A stretch of DNA of 64,000 nt from Geosiphon pyriformis uo1. Its lineage: Eukaryota; Fungi; Glomeromycota. The stretch's first letter is position 1; each line of letters begins with the position of its first letter. A program made the position numbers and the translations under genes. The notes beneath the pieces are model-generated. The model ran no database searches. It saw only the letters and a program-made list of their open reading frames with translations, and was not told where the DNA came from. Below, in pieces: positions 62,577 through 64,000 of this stretch. The DNA is taken from NCBI GenBank assembly GCA_016748015.1, contig JAAOMT010000742.1, positions 41,543 through 105,542 on the forward strand, read 5' to 3'.

Positions 62577-63168
62577 AAAGAAGGGAATATTGTTACTCAT
62601 AGAATATAGAAAGTATAGTAGCATATAAATTAGCCAATCAAAAGTAGCTTGAATAAATATAAAATTCCAGAATTCTTCTTAAAGAAATTGTAGGATTCTA
62701 GAAATTTCAGGATTTTTATATAAGGAATCACAGGATTTCAGGTGTGAAGAATTGAAAAATTGAGAAATCTCAATTATGTATATATAGCAATAGTATTAAA
62801 AGTAAAAAAAACAGACTTCTTAATTTAAATTTAGTCTAAGCAATCTTTCCATTCATCAATAAATAATTATTTACTATCTCAATCCACTCTTCACTATCAA
62901 CACTTCATGTTGATAGTAATTAATACTTAACCACACTAAAACAATAGCTCTTGATCACAACTATTGATGAAATACTAACTATTATTGCCTTGGCTTATTT
63001 TCTTATTCCTTATTTCTTCTATTTTTATTTTTTTTCTTTATTGTTATTTACTAATTGATTAAAAGATTAAGCGCTGAGATAAAAACGTTATAAGAACTGG
63101 TAAAAGATCCATAAAACAAGGGTAGAACACTTATAGATTTGAAGATAGCTTACCAAAAAGATTACTGG

Positions 63169-64000
63169 TGTTACAGATGATTTTTTGGGGTATCGAGTGA
63201 ATAACAAACCCATAACTTGGTGCTCAAAGTGATTAGTGCAGATGATAATCTGAAGGTATTTTATCTGAAGGTTTTTTAATCGAGTTATTTGTATAATAGA
63301 CAGAGATTCAATGGTAACAGTTTATTAGTAGTTTTCTGAAACCGTAGTTTCATCGATTGCTTGTTCAGCTTGATGGTTGATGATTTTCTTGGTACAATAT
63401 CCTCCATAAGTGTATACCAGTGCTGTTTCTTGACGTCTGTTCCTCTGTAAGTCCTCCAAGAGTAAGTATTGTTTAAGCAAGTTTATTTCTCCATAAGTTC
63501 TCCAAGAGTAAATCTTTTAATCAAGTTAGTAGACAACAAAAAAAATAAAAAAAAGATAAAAGAGAAAATAAGAAATAAGCCAAGACAATTTGCAAATTAG
63601 TATTCTGTCAATAGCCATGATCAAAAGCTATTGTTCCAGTATGATTAAGTATCAGTTATTATCAACATAAAGTGTTGATAGTGAAGAATGAATTTGATCT
63701 AGTGAATAATTATTTATTTGAGAATTGTGGTAACTAAGCTAAAGATTCTTGGTGTCAATTTTGTCTTTTCTGCTTCTAATGCTACTGCTATATATACATA
63801 TTTGAGATTCCTCAATTTTTTAATTTTTTGCAACAGAAATCCTGGGATTCCTAGAATCCTGCGATTTCTGATAAAAGGAATCCTGGAATTCTGGAATCTT
63901 GCAATTTCTTACTGGAGAATCTTGAAATTCCTGGAATCCTGCAATTCCTCTAAGAGGAATCCTGGAATTCTATATTTACTACGTCTACTTCTGATTGGCT
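63169..64000 (-). mobile_element. Family B LTR (B4), antisense insertion in the 3' LTR of B3; truncated by window end; ~40-bp GGAATCC/GGAATTCC array at 63835-63972
   Basis: Begins TGTTACAGATGATTTTTTGGGG, the reverse complement of the family B LTR end; collinear with 44437-45110 and with the reverse of 50500-51296. Confidence 0.9.

Larger units (their letters stand above)
50477..63168 (+). mobile_element. Family B Gypsy element B3 (contains solo LTR D, an assembly gap and element A3; 3' LTR interrupted by B4)
   Basis: 5' LTR 50477-51296 (TGTTATTC...CTGTAACA), PBS TTTGGTGCTCTCTGTAAGG, gag with CCHC ~54463-54504, protease LILDSG ~55150, dUTPase ~58225-58650, RT YLDD ~59685, integrase ~60730-61780, PPT ~62577-62590, 3' LTR from 62591. 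Pairing of the two halves across the gap is probable, not proven. Confidence 0.85.

Overview
Very AT-rich fungal genomic DNA, most likely Glomeromycotina. The BTB-BACK-TLDc gene type and the retroelement proteins recall Geosiphon-like arbuscular mycorrhizal fungi; this is inference from memory, not a search. There is one intact host gene: a 3-exon, somewhat divergent MCM3 (14371-17159) with an upstream ACGCGT (MCB) box. There is also a BTB-BACK-TLDc pseudogene (24115-25607). Most of the rest is a nested, decaying retroelement landscape. It holds Ty3/Gypsy elements of three families with internal coding sequence (here A, B, E) plus a solo LTR of a fourth (D), all apparently with 4-bp TSDs. It also holds an APE/RNase H LINE relic, a TSD-flanked LINE derivative encoding only ORF1, and a ~347-bp insertion made of four double-hairpin units. 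Families A and B have an unusual Pol layout: PR - Cys-rich domain - dUTPase - degenerate dUTPase-like domain - RT - RH - IN, with no chromodomain. The strongest candidate for an undescribed system is a non-env accessory ORF3 between integrase and the 3' LTR. It is homologous across families but diverges much faster than pol, and each ORF3 variant is paired with a different palindromic tandem-repeat array in the LTR U3, suggesting a self-specific transactivator or anti-silencing module. Two 20-N gaps (23928-23947, 55769-55788) limit reconstruction. All alignments were done by eye.
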